Of a stretch of DNA of 64,000 bases, positions 1-13,855 are shown one piece after another. Under the pieces are notes generated by a model. It had not been told where the DNA came from, did no database searches, and saw only the letters and a program-made list of their open reading frames with translations. The stretch comes from Paraspadella gotoi (lineage: Eukaryota; Animalia; Chaetognatha), in the NCBI GenBank assembly GCA_051294375.1, contig CM119266.1:23446413-23510412 (forward strand). Direction: 5' to 3'. The first letter of the stretch is position 1. The number at the start of each line of letters is the position of its first letter. Made by a program: the position numbers and the translations under genes.

Positions 1-3000
1 CGTCCAGCTATTATTCGTATCGGAAAACATTTTCTCGTTTTCCTCGGTTCGTTTAAGGAGTTTATGACTTGCGGCAAACAGTCAAGATTAATAGAAGCAA
101 TAGCTTAACTTTACCAACAGAAAATCTCCCGAATGCAAAAAGCAACTCCAGTTCGAACCCGCAACGCCACTTCCTCTTCTCTCACCAACAAGGAACGGTG
201 GCGGATTAGCCGGGCGTGATTCATTGTTTTCGCAGTGGCGGCGGCGGCGGCGGCGGCGTCGGGCGGCGGGATGTTGGCCGTAGGCGACCAACCTGAGCAC
301 CTGCGCAAAAAACGCTCGAGTCATGATGGGGATATTTTTTTCGCGCCACAGAGGGCGCGGAGTGAGTCTGAGGTGAGAGAGAGGAATTCGAGATGAAGAA
401 AGAGAGGAAGAGAAGAGAGAGGGTCTATTGGGAGGTTGTATTTAGTTATAAAGAAGGTATGAAGAGTTTAGAGTTGGCAACTGAATACAGGAATAATGAA
501 TGGAATATGAAAATAAGGAGGACGATAAATTTAAGAGCATAGAATTGAAATAAAGGTTTTGGACTATAAGACAGAAGCGCAGAGCGGAAGATAGACTGGA
601 TAAGAGAAAATTATGAAAAGAGAGAGAAGGCCAGAAGGTATGAGCACAACTGAACGAAACACGGAGGGCAGAACGATCTTTTTGATTGATTCTTTGTGGA
701 TAGGAGTGAGAGTCGCCGTCGAGCAACTGTGAATGGATGTGAAAGAATGAAGACGTGGATTAGTGAAGTCACGATTTAAAAAAGAGGAAAAAACGAGGAA
801 ATGAAACAGAGGGACGTCAATGTCTTTGGGGAGTCGGTGAATAAAAGGAAGAAGAGACGAACGACGCAGAGAAAGAAAGGAACGACAACAAAGGAGAAGA
901 GAGAGAGAGAGAGAGAAGAGAAGAGAGAGAGAGAGAGAAGAGATGAGAGAGAGAGAGAAGAGAGAGAGAGATGAGAGAGAGAGATGAGAGAGAGAGAGCG
1001 ACGTCGGTACAACAGACCGAAAGCCTCGGCAGGCAGGCGGAGTTGGCGCGGAGCCACGGAGAGGCGCGGTAATGATTGATTCTTGGACGAAGCCTTTCCG
1101 CGTTCGGAAACGTCGGGGCGAAGAGATGGAGTCTGTGTGGGGGTTGGAGCCGTTGGTGTAGGTGAGGTGGAGGGAGAGAGGGAAGCTGAGGACGAGTCCG
1201 CTGTCGGCCGAATGCGATCAAAATACCCCTTCCCTCTTGGCATTGATTCTCGGCGCTTTCTCCCTTTACGGAGGCGCTCGGCGATCTGGGCGGTTGGGTT
1301 GGTGGCGTGGTGGCGGCGAATATTGGAGCGGGAGGCGCAGGAGCGCGGAGGTGAGCGGCGAGAGGCAGTCACGTCAGACAGACGCCGATGATCTCGCTAA
1401 CTTTAGTTCGAAGAAAATCAGCCATTAGAGTCATTTCTGATAACGCCCCAAACCTCGCCATCAATTTATTGTCATAGTCTCAATATATAAAGACACTGCA
1501 TAAAATTTTTAAATTCATTTAACTCGCAATTGACACTCACGCTGTCTTGAAAAGTGAGAAAGTTGCTGTTATACAGACTGAGAGCTGAAAAACAAGTTGG
1601 TTGAAATTCGACGAGGTCCCGTTGAATTAAAACTCACAAGCGAGGAGAAAAAAAGAAAAGATTACGAATTACATCTACAAAAATTATACAATTTAGTATA
1701 ATTTAGCTCTAATATAATTAAACAATAAGTAATGTCGATCTCTCTCTGGGAGAGAGAGAGAGAGAGAGAGAGAGACTGAAGGACGAACGATATGTGAAAT
1801 AAAATGATCAGATAAGCCCGGATTTACCTTTTTAATAACGTTTTCGTGACTTTATAACCTTTTTGAAATTTTACAATCTCTATTTTGAAGTTTTGATCGA
1901 CTTTTTATGCAAACAAACGAAGAAGCAGCTCTCTCTCTCCCTCTCTGTTATCTGTTGTTATTCTTTTCTGCATTTTGATGAAAAAAAATCCATCTACATC
2001 TTGGCAGGGTNNNNNNNNNNNNNNNNNNNNNNNNNACAGGTGAGAGAGTAGACGAGAGAAGAAGAGAGAGAAGAGGGAGAGAGATGAGCAAAAGAGAAAA
2101 GAGAGAGATGGAGGAGAGAGAGATGAGAGAGCGTGGATGGGAGAGAGTGCCATCTGCTGTTGATGATTGCACTTTTGTCAGCTCCAGGGCGGCAATTTAT
2201 CCTTGCTCTCCATTTGAACTCTTGAAAATGAAAGAAGGATCTCGAGCGAAGATTGCGATTCTCATCATATTCCGGCGTTCCTCCTCTTCCTCCTCCTCTT
2301 CCTTCTACCGCCTTCCTTCCCGTCGATGACCGCTCGCCCGGATCGGGCTGTTCATTGTCTTCCGGGTCGGCGCCGCTTACCCTCTGACCTGGATTCCTTC
2401 TTACTATTTATTTTCCTGTATTCCGCTGAGTTATAAATTAGAGTCACTACACTGCGTTAGACACTATTCGAATATAAGCACATAAAGCAAACTAATTAAT
2501 CCTTTCACAATCCCTTTGATCCAGTATATTAAATGAAACAAATACTAAAAATATTCATACAAGCAATGGCCGTGACTGTTAGACCGACTATCGTGTTTAA
2601 GGGCTTTAGACCGCCATCTTAATTACAAAATATTGGACACCTTCAACACCCTCTCCAGTATTGTATGCGTATTGTCTATTAATGTAAGAAAAAGTTGATT
2701 TTAACTAAGGCTCCTCAAGTACTTTCGACTCCGCCGCCTCTTCGGCATTTTTCATCATCCTCTGATGCAAAATTCGGTCGTCGTAACCTTATTTCGTTAG
2801 CGCCTCAGAAGTTTCATCGCTGAGTGAATCAATTCACGATTTACCACAATTTTCTGTCCGTCCAGCTATTATTCGTATCGGAAAACATTTTCTCGTTTTC
2901 CTCGGTTCGTTTAAGGAGTTTATGACTTGCGGCAAACAGTCAAGATTAATAGAAGCAATAGCTTAACTTTACCAACAGAAAATCTCCCGAATGCAAAAAG

Positions 3001-6000
3001 CAACTCCAGTTCGAACCCGCAACGCCACTTCCTCTTCTCTCACCAACAAGGAACGGTGGCGGATTAGCCGGGCGTGATTCATTGTTTTCGCAGTGGCGGC
3101 GGCGGCGGCGGCGGCGTCGGGCGGCGGGATGTTGGCCGTAGGCGACCAACCTGAGCACCTGCGCAAAAAACGCTCGAGTCATGATGGGGATATTTTTTTC
3201 GCGCCACAGAGGGCGCGGAGTGAGTCTGAGGTGAGAGAGAGGAATTCGAGATGAAGAAAGAGAGGAAGAGAAGAGAGAGGGTCTATTGGGAGGTTGTATT
3301 TAGTTATAAAGAAGGTATGAAGAGTTTAGAGTTGGCAACTGAATACAGGAATAATGAATGGAATATGAAAATAAGGAGGACGATAAATTTAAGAGCATAG
3401 AATTGAAATAAAGGTTTTGGACTATAAGACAGAAGCGCAGAGCGGAAGATAGACTGGATAAGAGAAAATTATGAAAAGAGAGAGAAGGCCAGAAGGTATG
3501 AGCACAACTGAACGAAACACGGAGGGCAGAACGATCTTTTTGATTGATTCTTTGTGGATAGGAGTGAGAGTCGCCGTCGAGCAACTGTGAATGGATGTGA
3601 AAGAATGAAGACGTGGATTAGTGAAGTCACGATTTAAAAAAGAGGAAAAAACGAGGAAATGAAACAGAGGGACGTCAATGTCTTTGGGGAGTCGGTGAAT
3701 AAAAGGAAGAAGAGACGAACGACGCAGAGAAAGAAAGGAACGACAACAAAGGAGAAGAGAGAGAGAGAGAGAGAAGAGAAGAGAGAGAGAGAGAGAAGAG
3801 ATGAGAGAGAGAGAGAAGAGAGAGAGAGATGAGAGAGAGAGATGAGAGAGAGAGAGCGACGTCGGTACAACAGACCGAAAGCCTCGGCAGGCAGGCGGAG
3901 TTGGCGCGGAGCCACGGAGAGGCGCGGTAATGATTGATTCTTGGACGAAGCCTTTCCGCGTTCGGAAACGTCGGGGCGAAGAGATGGAGTCTGTGTGGGG
4001 GTTGGAGCCGTTGGTGTAGGTGAGGTGGAGGGAGAGAGGGAAGCTGAGGACGAGTCCGCTGTCGGCCGAATGCGATCAAAATACCCCTTCCCTCTTGGCA
4101 TTGATTCTCGGCGCTTTCTCCCTTTACGGAGGCGCTCGGCGATCTGGGCGGTTGGGTTGGTGGCGTGGTGGCGGGATATTGGCGGCGCAGGAGCGCGGAG
4201 CGTGAGCGGCGAAGAGGCCAGTCACGTCAGACAGACGCCGATTGATCTCGCTAACTTTAGTTCGAAGAAAATCAGCCATTAGAGTCATTTCTGATAACGC
4301 CAAAGCCCACGCCATCATTTATTGTTGTCTCTATATAAAGACACTGCATAAAATTTTTAAATATCATTTAACTCGCATTGACACTCACGCTGTCTTGAAA
4401 AGTGGAAAGTTGCTGTTAATACAGACTGAGAGCTGAAAAACAATGGTTGAAATTCGACAAGGTCAAGTGAATTAAAATCACAAGCGAAGAGAAAAAAAGA
4501 AAAGATTACGAATTACATCTACAAAATTATACAATTAGTATAATTTATCTAATATAATAAAACAAGTAAGTAATGTCGATCTCTCTCTGGAGAGAGAGAG
4601 AGAGAGAGAGAGCGTGGATGGGAGAGAGTGCCATCTGCTTTGATGATTGCATTTGTCAGCTCCCAGGGCGGCCATTTATCCTTGCTCTCCATTTGACTCT
4701 GAAAATGAAGAAGGATCCTCGAAGCGAAGATGCGATTCTCATCATATCTCCGGCGTCCTCCTCTTCCTCCTCCTCCTCCTTCTCACCCCTTCCTCCCCGT
4801 CGATGAACCGCTCGCCCGGATCGGGTGTTCATCTGGTCTTCGGTCGGCGCCCTTACCTCTGACCTGGATTCCTTCTTACTATTTATTCCTCGTATTCCCT
4901 GAGTTATAAAATTAGAGTCACTACACTGGTTAGACATCTATTCGAATATAAGCACTAAAGCAAACTAATTAATCCTTTCACAATCCTTTACTCCAGTATA
5001 TTAAATGAAACTAATACTAAAAATATTCATACAAGAATGGCCTTGACTGTAGACCGACTATCGTGGGTTAAGGGCTTTAGACCGCCATTCTTATTACAAA
5101 ATATTGACACCTCAACACCCTCTCACAGTATTGTATGGTATTGTCTATTAGATGTAAGAGAAAGTTGATTTTTAACTTAAGGCTCCTCAGTACTTCGACT
5201 CCTCCCGCCTCTCGGCATTTTTCATCATCCTCTGATGCAAAATTCGGTCGTCGACCTTTTTCGTTACGCCTCAGAAGTTTCATCGCTGAGTGAATCAACT
5301 TCACGATTTACCACAATTTCGCCGTCCAGCTATTATCCTATCGGAACCATTTTCTCGTTTTTCGTGGTTCGTTTAAGGTTTATGACTGCGGCAAAAGTAA
5401 GAAGTTAATAGAAGGCAATAGTAACTTTAACCACAGAATATCTCCCGAACTGGCAAAAGCAACTCCAGTTCGAACCCGCAACGCCACTTCCTCTTCTCTC
5501 ACCAACAAGGAAGGTGGCGATAGCGGGCGTGATTCATTTTTTTCGCAGGTGGCGGCGGCGGCGGCGGCGGCTGCGGCGGCGGATGTTGGCGGTAGGGACC
5601 AACCTGAGCACCTGGCGCAAAAACGCTCGAGTCATGATTGATATTTTTTTCGCGCCACAGAGGGCGCGGAGTGGAGTCTGAGGGTTGAGAGAGGAATTCG
5701 AGATGAAATAAAGAGGAAGAAGAGAGAGGGTCTATTGGGGAGGTTGTATTTAGTTGATAAAGAGGGATGAAGAGTTGGTAGAGTTTGCAAACTGAATAAG
5801 GAATATGGAATGGAATATGAAAATAAGGAGGACGATAAATTTAAGAGCATAGAAATTGAAATAAAAGGTTTGGACTATAAGACAGAAGCGCAGAGGCGGA
5901 AGGATAGACTGGATAGAGAAAATATGAAAAGAGAGAGAAGGCAGAAGGTATGAGCACAACTGAGACTAAGACAACGGAGAGAACGATCTTGTTTGATTGA

Positions 6001-6230
6001 TTCTTGTGGAAGGAGTGAGAGTCGCCGTCGAGTCAACTGTGAATGATGTGAAAGAATGAAGGACGTGATTAGGGAAAGTCAGGTCTTGAAATAAGGGAGG
6101 CAAAAAAACGGAGGAAAAGAGAACAGAGGAGTTCAAGTCTTTGGGAGTCGGTGAATAAAAGGAAGAAGAGACGAACGACGAGAAAGAAAGGGAACGACAA
6201 CAAAGGAGAAAGAGAGAGAGAGGAGAGAGA

Positions 6231-6271
<41 letters not shown>

Positions 6272-7022
6272 CGAGGTCGGTACAACACAGACCAGAAAGC
6301 CTCGCAGGAGCGGAGTGGCCGCGGAGCCCGAGGAGAGGCGCGGCGTAATGATTGATTCTTGGACCGAAGCCTTTCGCGTCGGAAACGTCGGGGGCGAATA
6401 GAGGGAGTCTGTGTGGGGGAGTTGGAGCCGTTGGTGTAGGGTGAGGGAGGGAGAGAGGGNNNNNNNNNNNNNNNNNNNNNNNNNNNNNNNNNNNNNNNNN
6501 NNNNNNNNNNNNNNNNNNNNNNNNNNNNNNNNNNNNNNNNNNNNNNNNNNNNNNNNNNNNNNNNNNNNNNNNNNNNNNNNNNNNNNNNNNNNNNNNNGCG
6601 CGGTGGCGGCGATATATTGGAGCGGGAGGCGGGAGGCGGAGGTGAAAAGCGGGAGAGGCAGTCGCGTCAGACAGACGCCGATGATCTCGCTTAACTTTAG
6701 TTCGGAGAGAAAATCAGCCATAGAGTCATTTCTTGTAACGCCAAAGCCTCGCCATCAAATTATTGGTTGTCTCTATATAATTATAAAGACACTGCATAAA
6801 ATTTTAAATATCATTTTACTCGCAATGACACTCACGCTGTCTTGAAAAGTGGAAAGTTGGTTAATACAGACTGAGAGTGAAAAACAAGTTGGGTGAAATT
6901 CGTACGAGGTCCAGTTGAATTAAAATCACAAGCGAAGAGAAAAAAAAGAAAAGATTACGATTACATCTACATAAATTATACAATTTAGTATAATTTAGTC
7001 TAATATAATAAAACAAGTAATG
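1..7022 (+). repeat. Tandem triplication of a ~2.5-kb GC-rich block
   Basis: 1-~1310 is essentially identical to 2859-~4170 (ORFs recur at +2858). A third, indel-rich copy starts at ~5323, and 2130-2858 recurs at ~4612-5322. Several joins fall at (AG)n tracts or N-gaps. Confidence 0.9.
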
Positions 7023-7793
7023 TTGCCTTTTTTCATAGAAAACACAAAACAGTAACTAAGTCTTTTTTTTATAAATATGTCCCTCGAGACAATGATTATG
7101 TTGATATTATTGTCGTCGTTGTCGTCCAAATGCAACCAAAACAAAGCAATCATCTCCCTTCGTAATCGTTCCCCTGGGAGGCCGAGTTCCATTACAGCTT
7201 ATAGAATTCTCGTCACGCTAAATTTAATAAAATCCTACCAAATAGAAAAAAAAAAGCTTTCGTCAGCACCGAAAATAAAAGCAAAGAAAAAAAAAGCGCA
7301 TCAAACGTGTTTTGCTTTGGAATCAGGGAACGAAATTGAAAACGACGCTAGATTTTGTTTTTTTGGTTTTCCTTTCTTTGTTTTATTCTTTCTTTGTTTT
7401 CTAAACTTAAAACAAAAGTGGAACTCATAAATTTAATCGATAGATTGTGAAAATAATTTCTGCTTGCGCCTTCAACGAATCAACATTCGCATAGTTTGAT
7501 TCTCGCTCATGATAAACATCGTCGTTGTCGTCATTTTCGTCGTCGTCGTCGTTTCGGTTTTGTTTCGTCCATTTTCGTTTGGAATTCATGCATCCGTCCG
7601 TCGACCATTAGACCAGCCTCCTGGCTGCCCGTCGTCGTCGTCGTCGTCGTCGTCNNNNNNNNNNTCCCTTTCGATCGCCCCCGCCTTCGCCCCCGCCTCC
7701 CAACCTTCGCCTCACCATATTTCTGGCCCATGGGCCTCCGGTAGCTAGGATTTGTTTTCGCGAATTTGACAGCTTTATAGCTTTATGGCCTTC

Positions 7794-7878
<85 letters not shown>
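7794..7878 (+). repeat. (GAC)n microsatellite
   Basis: Perfect GAC run; shorter GAC/GTC runs recur at ~7630, ~8670, ~40740 and ~52680. Confidence 0.95.
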
Positions 7879-8490
7879 AACGAAGACAACAACGACGAAC
7901 GGGCTGCCTCCGAAAATGACTACCAGTTGACCAGTTAAATTTCAAGGTACCAAAATAACAAAGAATAAACTTGTAACTAATCTTTAAACAACGTTTTCTA
8001 CGTAATGCGGGAGTGACTGACAGAAAACTCTCTCGCCAAGGCGATGCACACGGACCTTCTATTCGCAGAGTTTTCAGATCTCGTGGTCCGAAGTCCTGCA
8101 TCGACTCAAAGCGGTTTTTTTTTCTTCAGAAAGAAATCTCATTCTCACGTAACGAGAGACTCTTTTCGTCGTTCTGATTGGTCGACTCAAAAATTTCGAT
8201 CGACTAATGGGAAAATTGGGCGGCGAATCGTCATCGACGAAAGTATTATGCAACGCGAAGAAAGAATGTGTTCGTGAAAGGATAGAAACAGAGCACGTAA
8301 ATTCCTCAAAACAAAGGTTAGTGGTTAGATAGAAAATGATGAAACTAACCATGACGTTGAGAAAAAAAAACGACGAAGGCAAAAACTGAGAACAACTGCT
8401 CAGCTTGAACTGAAAAATGGACATTTTCTACGAAGAAAATATAATATGAGTAAACTAACTAACGCAAAACCATAAAAAAAAGAAAAAAAT

Positions 8491-8590
<100 letters not shown>

Positions 8591-8665
8591 AAAAAACAAA
8601 AAACAAAAGGAATGTCGAAAGAGGAACTGGGCTGAGACAGAGAAGGAATGGAAAGCCTGTATTCT

Positions 8666-8703
<38 letters not shown>

Positions 8704-8957
8704 AAGGTCGCCGGTCGTTTCGGTGGGTAGCGATGCAGCGCCGCCGTCCGTCATCTTCGAGAAAGAAAGAAAAAAAAAAGAAAGAAAAAGAGAGGGAGAG
8801 AAAACCCGTCATATTCGAGACATTTTACGAGGCATAAACCTGCCAAAAGTCGAGATTTTCATGAAGAGTCCTCGCCTCCCCTTCGCCTCCCAACTCCACG
8901 AGTTCGAGGCCGGTTCTTCTTCTTTTTTTTATTTTAAGATTCGTCGAACGAGCCAGC

Positions 8958-9003
<46 letters not shown>

Positions 9004-9019
9004 AAAAGGGGCTGAGAAA

Positions 9020-9131
9020 TTTATGACAATTTATGTGAAGGAAGGGACCGCCTCCCCTTAATTAGCGCCAATGGGTTATGGTCGCTTTACGACTTGTTAT
9101 GGGGCTACGGACCATTTATGTCAAGTTATGG
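9020..9131. promoter_or_regulatory. Candidate homeodomain-site cluster (TTTAYG/GTTATGG)
   Basis: TTTATGAC 9020, TTTATG 9030, TAATTA 9059, GTTATGG 9075, TTTACGAC 9086, GTTATGG 9096, TTTATG 9115, GTTATGG 9125. Confidence 0.45.
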
Positions 9132-9300
9132 GGGATTTGGACTCGAGTAAAAGAGACGTTGTTCTTTTCTTTATTTTTCCGAGAGGCTTTTTTTATTAAA
9201 TGGGGGAAACGATTCAATTAAGTGGAGGCGATCTCTTATGACTTTCCCTTCAATCAAACTCTGATCGGTCCTGTTTTTTATTTTCGAAAATGTCCGGTAA

Positions 9301-9410
9301 AGCGGACATTGTGGTTCCTCGTTTTGTTTATTTTTTTAGCAGACATTGGGGTTCCTCGTTTTGTTTATTTTTTTTAAGTAGACATTGCGGTTCCTCGTTT
9401 TGTTTTGTTT
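9301..9410 (+). repeat. ~38-bp tandem repeat, three copies
   Basis: GACATTGnGGTTCCTCGTTTTGTTT at ~9305, ~9342 and ~9381. Confidence 0.85.
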
Positions 9411-10042
9411 TTTCTTTTTGATTTTTGGTTTATAAATTTCGAGAAGGTTCTCGCAATCTCATGCGTAATTCAAGGGAATGGAGACACTATATTTTGCAGC
9501 TAAGAAGGTCTTTTTAAAATTCATGATTTTCTCAAAAAATATATATCGTAGAGAATTCGGAGAATTTCATGTTTAATATATAGATTTTGAATGAAATACA
9601 TAATTGGTTGTAACAATTTCAGGAAAAGTATTTTCTCTAACAGAAATCTCGTCTGTGTGCTTGGATTCTCTCACTTCGTATTTTCCACTACGCAGACACT
9701 TTCCACTTCCCTCCTTCTACTTCCCATTATCCACTTCCCACTTAAAAACTTTCCATTTCCTACATTCTCTTCCTATTTTCCTCTTTCCAAATTTTTTGCT
9801 TTGCTCTTCCTCGCTTCGCATCTACTTCTTCCTCATCGCTAACGACGACTTTTTTCCCTCTTGCATATGGATTTCTCTCTCTCTCTCTCTCTCTCTCTGC
9901 GCGCGTCCCTGGGCGGACGATCGGGCGGGTCATCGAGGGCGGGCGATTCGCCCATCAAGATCCCGAAATGGGTCATTAGTATTAGACTTTATGACTTTTT
10001 ATGAACAAGAATCATCTTCTGCTTCCCACCTTTCGTTTTTGC

Positions 10043-10104
<62 letters not shown>

Positions 10105-10106
10105 AA

Positions 10107-10147
<41 letters not shown>

Positions 10148-10199
10148 CGTCGTTAGCCAGGTCCGGATGTAAAACCCGTATAAGATCTCCAGGGGGGGT

Positions 10200-10626
10200 A
10201 AAAAAAAGAGAAAGAAAGTAAGAAAGAAAAAAAGAAAAAAGAAAGAAAGGAAAGAAAAGAAAAAGAAAAGAAAAAGAAAGAAAGAAAGCAAAGAAAGAAA
10301 GAAAGAAAGAAAGAAAGAAATTAGAAAGAAAGAAAGAAAAGAAAGAAAAAAAAATAAAAAAAAATAAAAAAAATGAAAAACTAGAGAAAAAGATAGTTGA
10401 AGAGGAAAGCAGTGAGTAAAAGAAACTAAATTTGATTGGTCCAACCGCCGTTTCTGATCAGTTACCTGATTGGTTAAAATAAAAAGCGACCGACGTCACT
10501 TGACCGGGATCTCAAGGTTATTCCGGAATATGTATTAGGAGCTCGGGACGAAAAATGTGAAAAAGAAGGGGGCGATGATTTTCTATTTTTTATACCTTAT
10601 ACAGAAAGAGAGAAAGAAAGAAAAAC

Positions 10627-10693
<67 letters not shown>

Positions 10694-10731
10694 AATAAGG
10701 AAAGAAAAAAGAAAAAAAGAAAAAGAGAAAA

Positions 10732-10787
<56 letters not shown>

Positions 10788-10829
10788 AGGAAAGAAAAAA
10801 GAAAAAAAGAAAAAAATAAAAAGAGAAAA

Positions 10830-10888
<59 letters not shown>
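10200..10888 (+). repeat. Degenerate (AAAG)n tracts flanking a short unique island
   Basis: AAAG-rich runs at ~10200-10380 and ~10605-10888. Confidence 0.85.
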
Positions 10889-11151
10889 TAACATGTAAAT
10901 TTGAATTTTTCATAACTGAACCCCGTAGTAAGCTGTGGGCATAATTCATAGGTTTTATTTTTATCTTGCAGCATTCAAGCATTCAAATTTAAAAATATAA
11001 ATCCTATTTATTCATTCTTGAGAACTAAAATTGTTAGTTTAAAACAAACCTATGCCATTCCGCAAGCACAGGCTTTCCCTTTCAACGAATAGTTTTTTAT
11101 CCCCAGAAAATCAGCTTTGCAAGCGTCCGCAACAAAACCAACGAACCAAAC

Positions 11152-11194
<43 letters not shown>

Positions 11195-11354
11195 TGCTCT
11201 CCTTCTCTCTCTATCTCTCGTCTCTCTCTGCATCTCGTCACAGCCCACTCTCTCTCCTCCTACTCCATTCTCTTTTCTGTGTGTGCTACTCCTGATGACT
11301 ATTCCTTACATCAATGATCGCCCGTTGTTCCGCATCGTGTTTTTTCTCCACCTT

Positions 11355-11447
11355 TCCTCCCTCTCTCCTCATATATTTGACCCTTCAACTGTGGAGCAAA
11401 TGGCAAAGCTCCCCCTTCCTTTCTTCTCTCTCTCTCTTCTCTCTCTC

Positions 11448-11504
<57 letters not shown>

Positions 11505-11747
11505 TCTCTCTCTCTCTTTCCCATCATTCCCTCCCCATACCCCTTTCCTCGTGATCATTATTCTGTTTTATAGATCATTCATCGTTGACCCTCGAAAGGG
11601 TTCTTTCGAGTCACGGGGTCGCGACTCTTCGCCCCGGTCCCTCGACGTCGNNNNNNNNNNNNNNNNNNNNNNNNNTCCAATGTCCGTTTTTCTCTTTTCT
11701 CCCGTTTTTTGACCCTTCAACTGTGGAGCAAATGGCAAAGCTCCCCC

Positions 11748-11823
<76 letters not shown>

Positions 11824-11980
11824 CTCTCTTACTCTCCTCGTCTCTTTCCATCCATTTCCCTCCCCATACCCCTTTCCTCGTGATCATTATTCTGTTTTAT
11901 AGATCATCATCGTTGACCCTCGAAAGGGTCTTTCGAGTCACGGGGTCGCGACTCTCGCCCCCCGCGTCCCTGGACGTCGC
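11355..11980 (+). repeat. Local ~300-bp direct duplication across an N-gap
   Basis: ~11375-11650 recurs at ~11708-11980 on the other side of the gap at 11651-11675. Confidence 0.85.
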
Positions 11981-13855
11981 AGCAGAGGTGGGCGTGGATC
12001 GGTGGTGGGCGTGGTAGTCGGGTGCCGATGGAGGTGCATGTAGAGGTTACGGGGAAAAGCTCATGAGACTAAGAAATTGTTATGAAATAATAGCTTTCAA
12101 TTTTGTAAACTCTTAAAATACAAACATAATATAACAATGTGTGATTTTTATAAGAAACCAAACCTTATTTTAGTTAATTGTTTAATTAATTGTAAGTGGC
12201 AGGGATGAGCTTGGCTTTCGGGTGGGCCTGTGGCTTTTAAAAAAAGTAGTCAGGGTATCCGTTGTGAGATTATTTTAGGGGAGGAATCTTTAGGATTTAA
12301 AGGTAGGTATTTTTTGGCTGAGCGGCGGTAAAGACATCATGGAAATTGCAATTGGTTGCATTCCTGGGTTCGGACTGGGCGAACTGACCAGTGGCCACGC
12401 CACAAGACAGTTCAGTCGTCATTCGTCAACTTAAATCGGGAAATCGGAGAAGGAATCCTTTTTCGCTCAAAGAGAGCGGAGGTTTAAAGATCAGGCCTTT
12501 TGGGAATACGTGGGTGAGTTGATGGGTTAAGCCTCGGGTGAGTCCGTTAGAGAGAAAAAGTGGGTGAGGGCGAGAGAAGGAAAGAAGCGAGGGTGAGGAC
12601 GTCATGGGACCCATGATTAGATTTTTAGGTGCCAGCGTGACTCACCAAATTAAGAAAGAGGATAAGAGAGAAGAGTAAGCAGAAGAGTAAGCAAATAAAT
12701 GAAATAATAAAAATAAGATTCCTTTGCAAACATCATTTATAGTTCAAAGCAAAGCAAAGGTTTTATTGTCCGTTTTAAGTTAATTTTTGATGTATTTAAG
12801 TCTACTTTTGTCACATCAACTATTGTCACCTTAACTGTGAACTCAGTTCGGATATGTCAGTTTATATATACAAAAGAAAGATACCGTTTAAACAAATGCC
12901 GCCAACAACGCGATACCAACAACAAACACCGACGTCGCCGCCGTTGCTGACGCCGACGCCAACGTGCGGAGAATGAAATTTTCTCATTTGTCATATTTTC
13001 GCCATAAATTTGCGAAGCTCGACCTCTGAAGGTTGCCGCGCCGTGGGGCGGCGTGCGACAACAACCGAGACCAGTTACACCCACGACTACCGGGTCTAAC
13101 GCAAAAACTACAACACAAACAGTCATAGCCCGACTTTAAGTAATTGTTTGTTACATTTCATCAGGTCACAGGGTAATCAAACATTGTAAATAATTACACA
13201 TAAACACACTTACATATTCAGTCACTTCCAACAAAGCCCTTCTTTTTTCTAAATTCCCTTCCTTCCCTCCCTTCTCCCGCCATTCACTGGAGCGCCCTCA
13301 GACGCCGACAAAAAACTAATAAACAGTCGCGATGCATGAAAATTGACGCGAATGGGCGTGACCTGCACCTTGGCGCCGTAAACAATGCCTCCCCTCGAGT
13401 CGGTGCGTCTCACGAAGTCTTTCCATGTCTCGGCCCCGAACCCCCATCGCCTATTTCGTCATATCCCCGTTGTACCCTAGATCTGAGGCCNNNNNNNNNN
13501 TTGTACCCTAGATCTTAGGCAAGATATCGTTGCCCTTGAGCCCCAACATAGAAACTCCCACTGCCCTTCAATTTCCTCTTCAACCATCGCTCTTGCTTCG
13601 CCATCTCGAGGCTCATAATCTCTGACTTTACCTCTCAACCGAAATTATTTAAACCGGAAAAAAAAGAAAAAAACTCTCCGCCCCCGAGAAATCGACAATT
13701 CGACATCCTTCGCTGTCATTCGCAACCAATCAAACCCACGTAACGAATTCACTCCGTCCAATAGGGGACCCAAATTTTTAAACAACGTCATCTCCTCTCC
13801 CCTTTAAACCCCTGCGGTCTACCCTTCGCCCACTTATATTTCAAACCCTTGACTC

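Noticed and set aside
88-324. GCG-repeat ORFs (poly-Ala/poly-Arg) with a possible acceptor on the minus strand
   Set aside because: No homology recognised and the frame is not preserved in the third copy; cannot be supported as an exon.
776-1428. 100-200 aa ORFs in the triplicated block
   Set aside because: They run through (CT)n tracts, show no recognisable domain, and frames differ between copies.
10557-11902. KERK/FLSF/SLSL-rich ORFs
   Set aside because: Translations of (AAAG)n and (CT)n microsatellites.
12313-12380. tRNA/SINE-like A-box (TGGCTGAGCGG) and B-box-like GGTTCGGAC
   Set aside because: No cloverleaf, imperfect B-box and noisy context; too weak to call.
13470-13520. TACCCTAGATCTGAG resembling miR-10
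   Set aside because: Seed is broken, no complementary arm is visible, and the duplication is a gap-overlap artefact.
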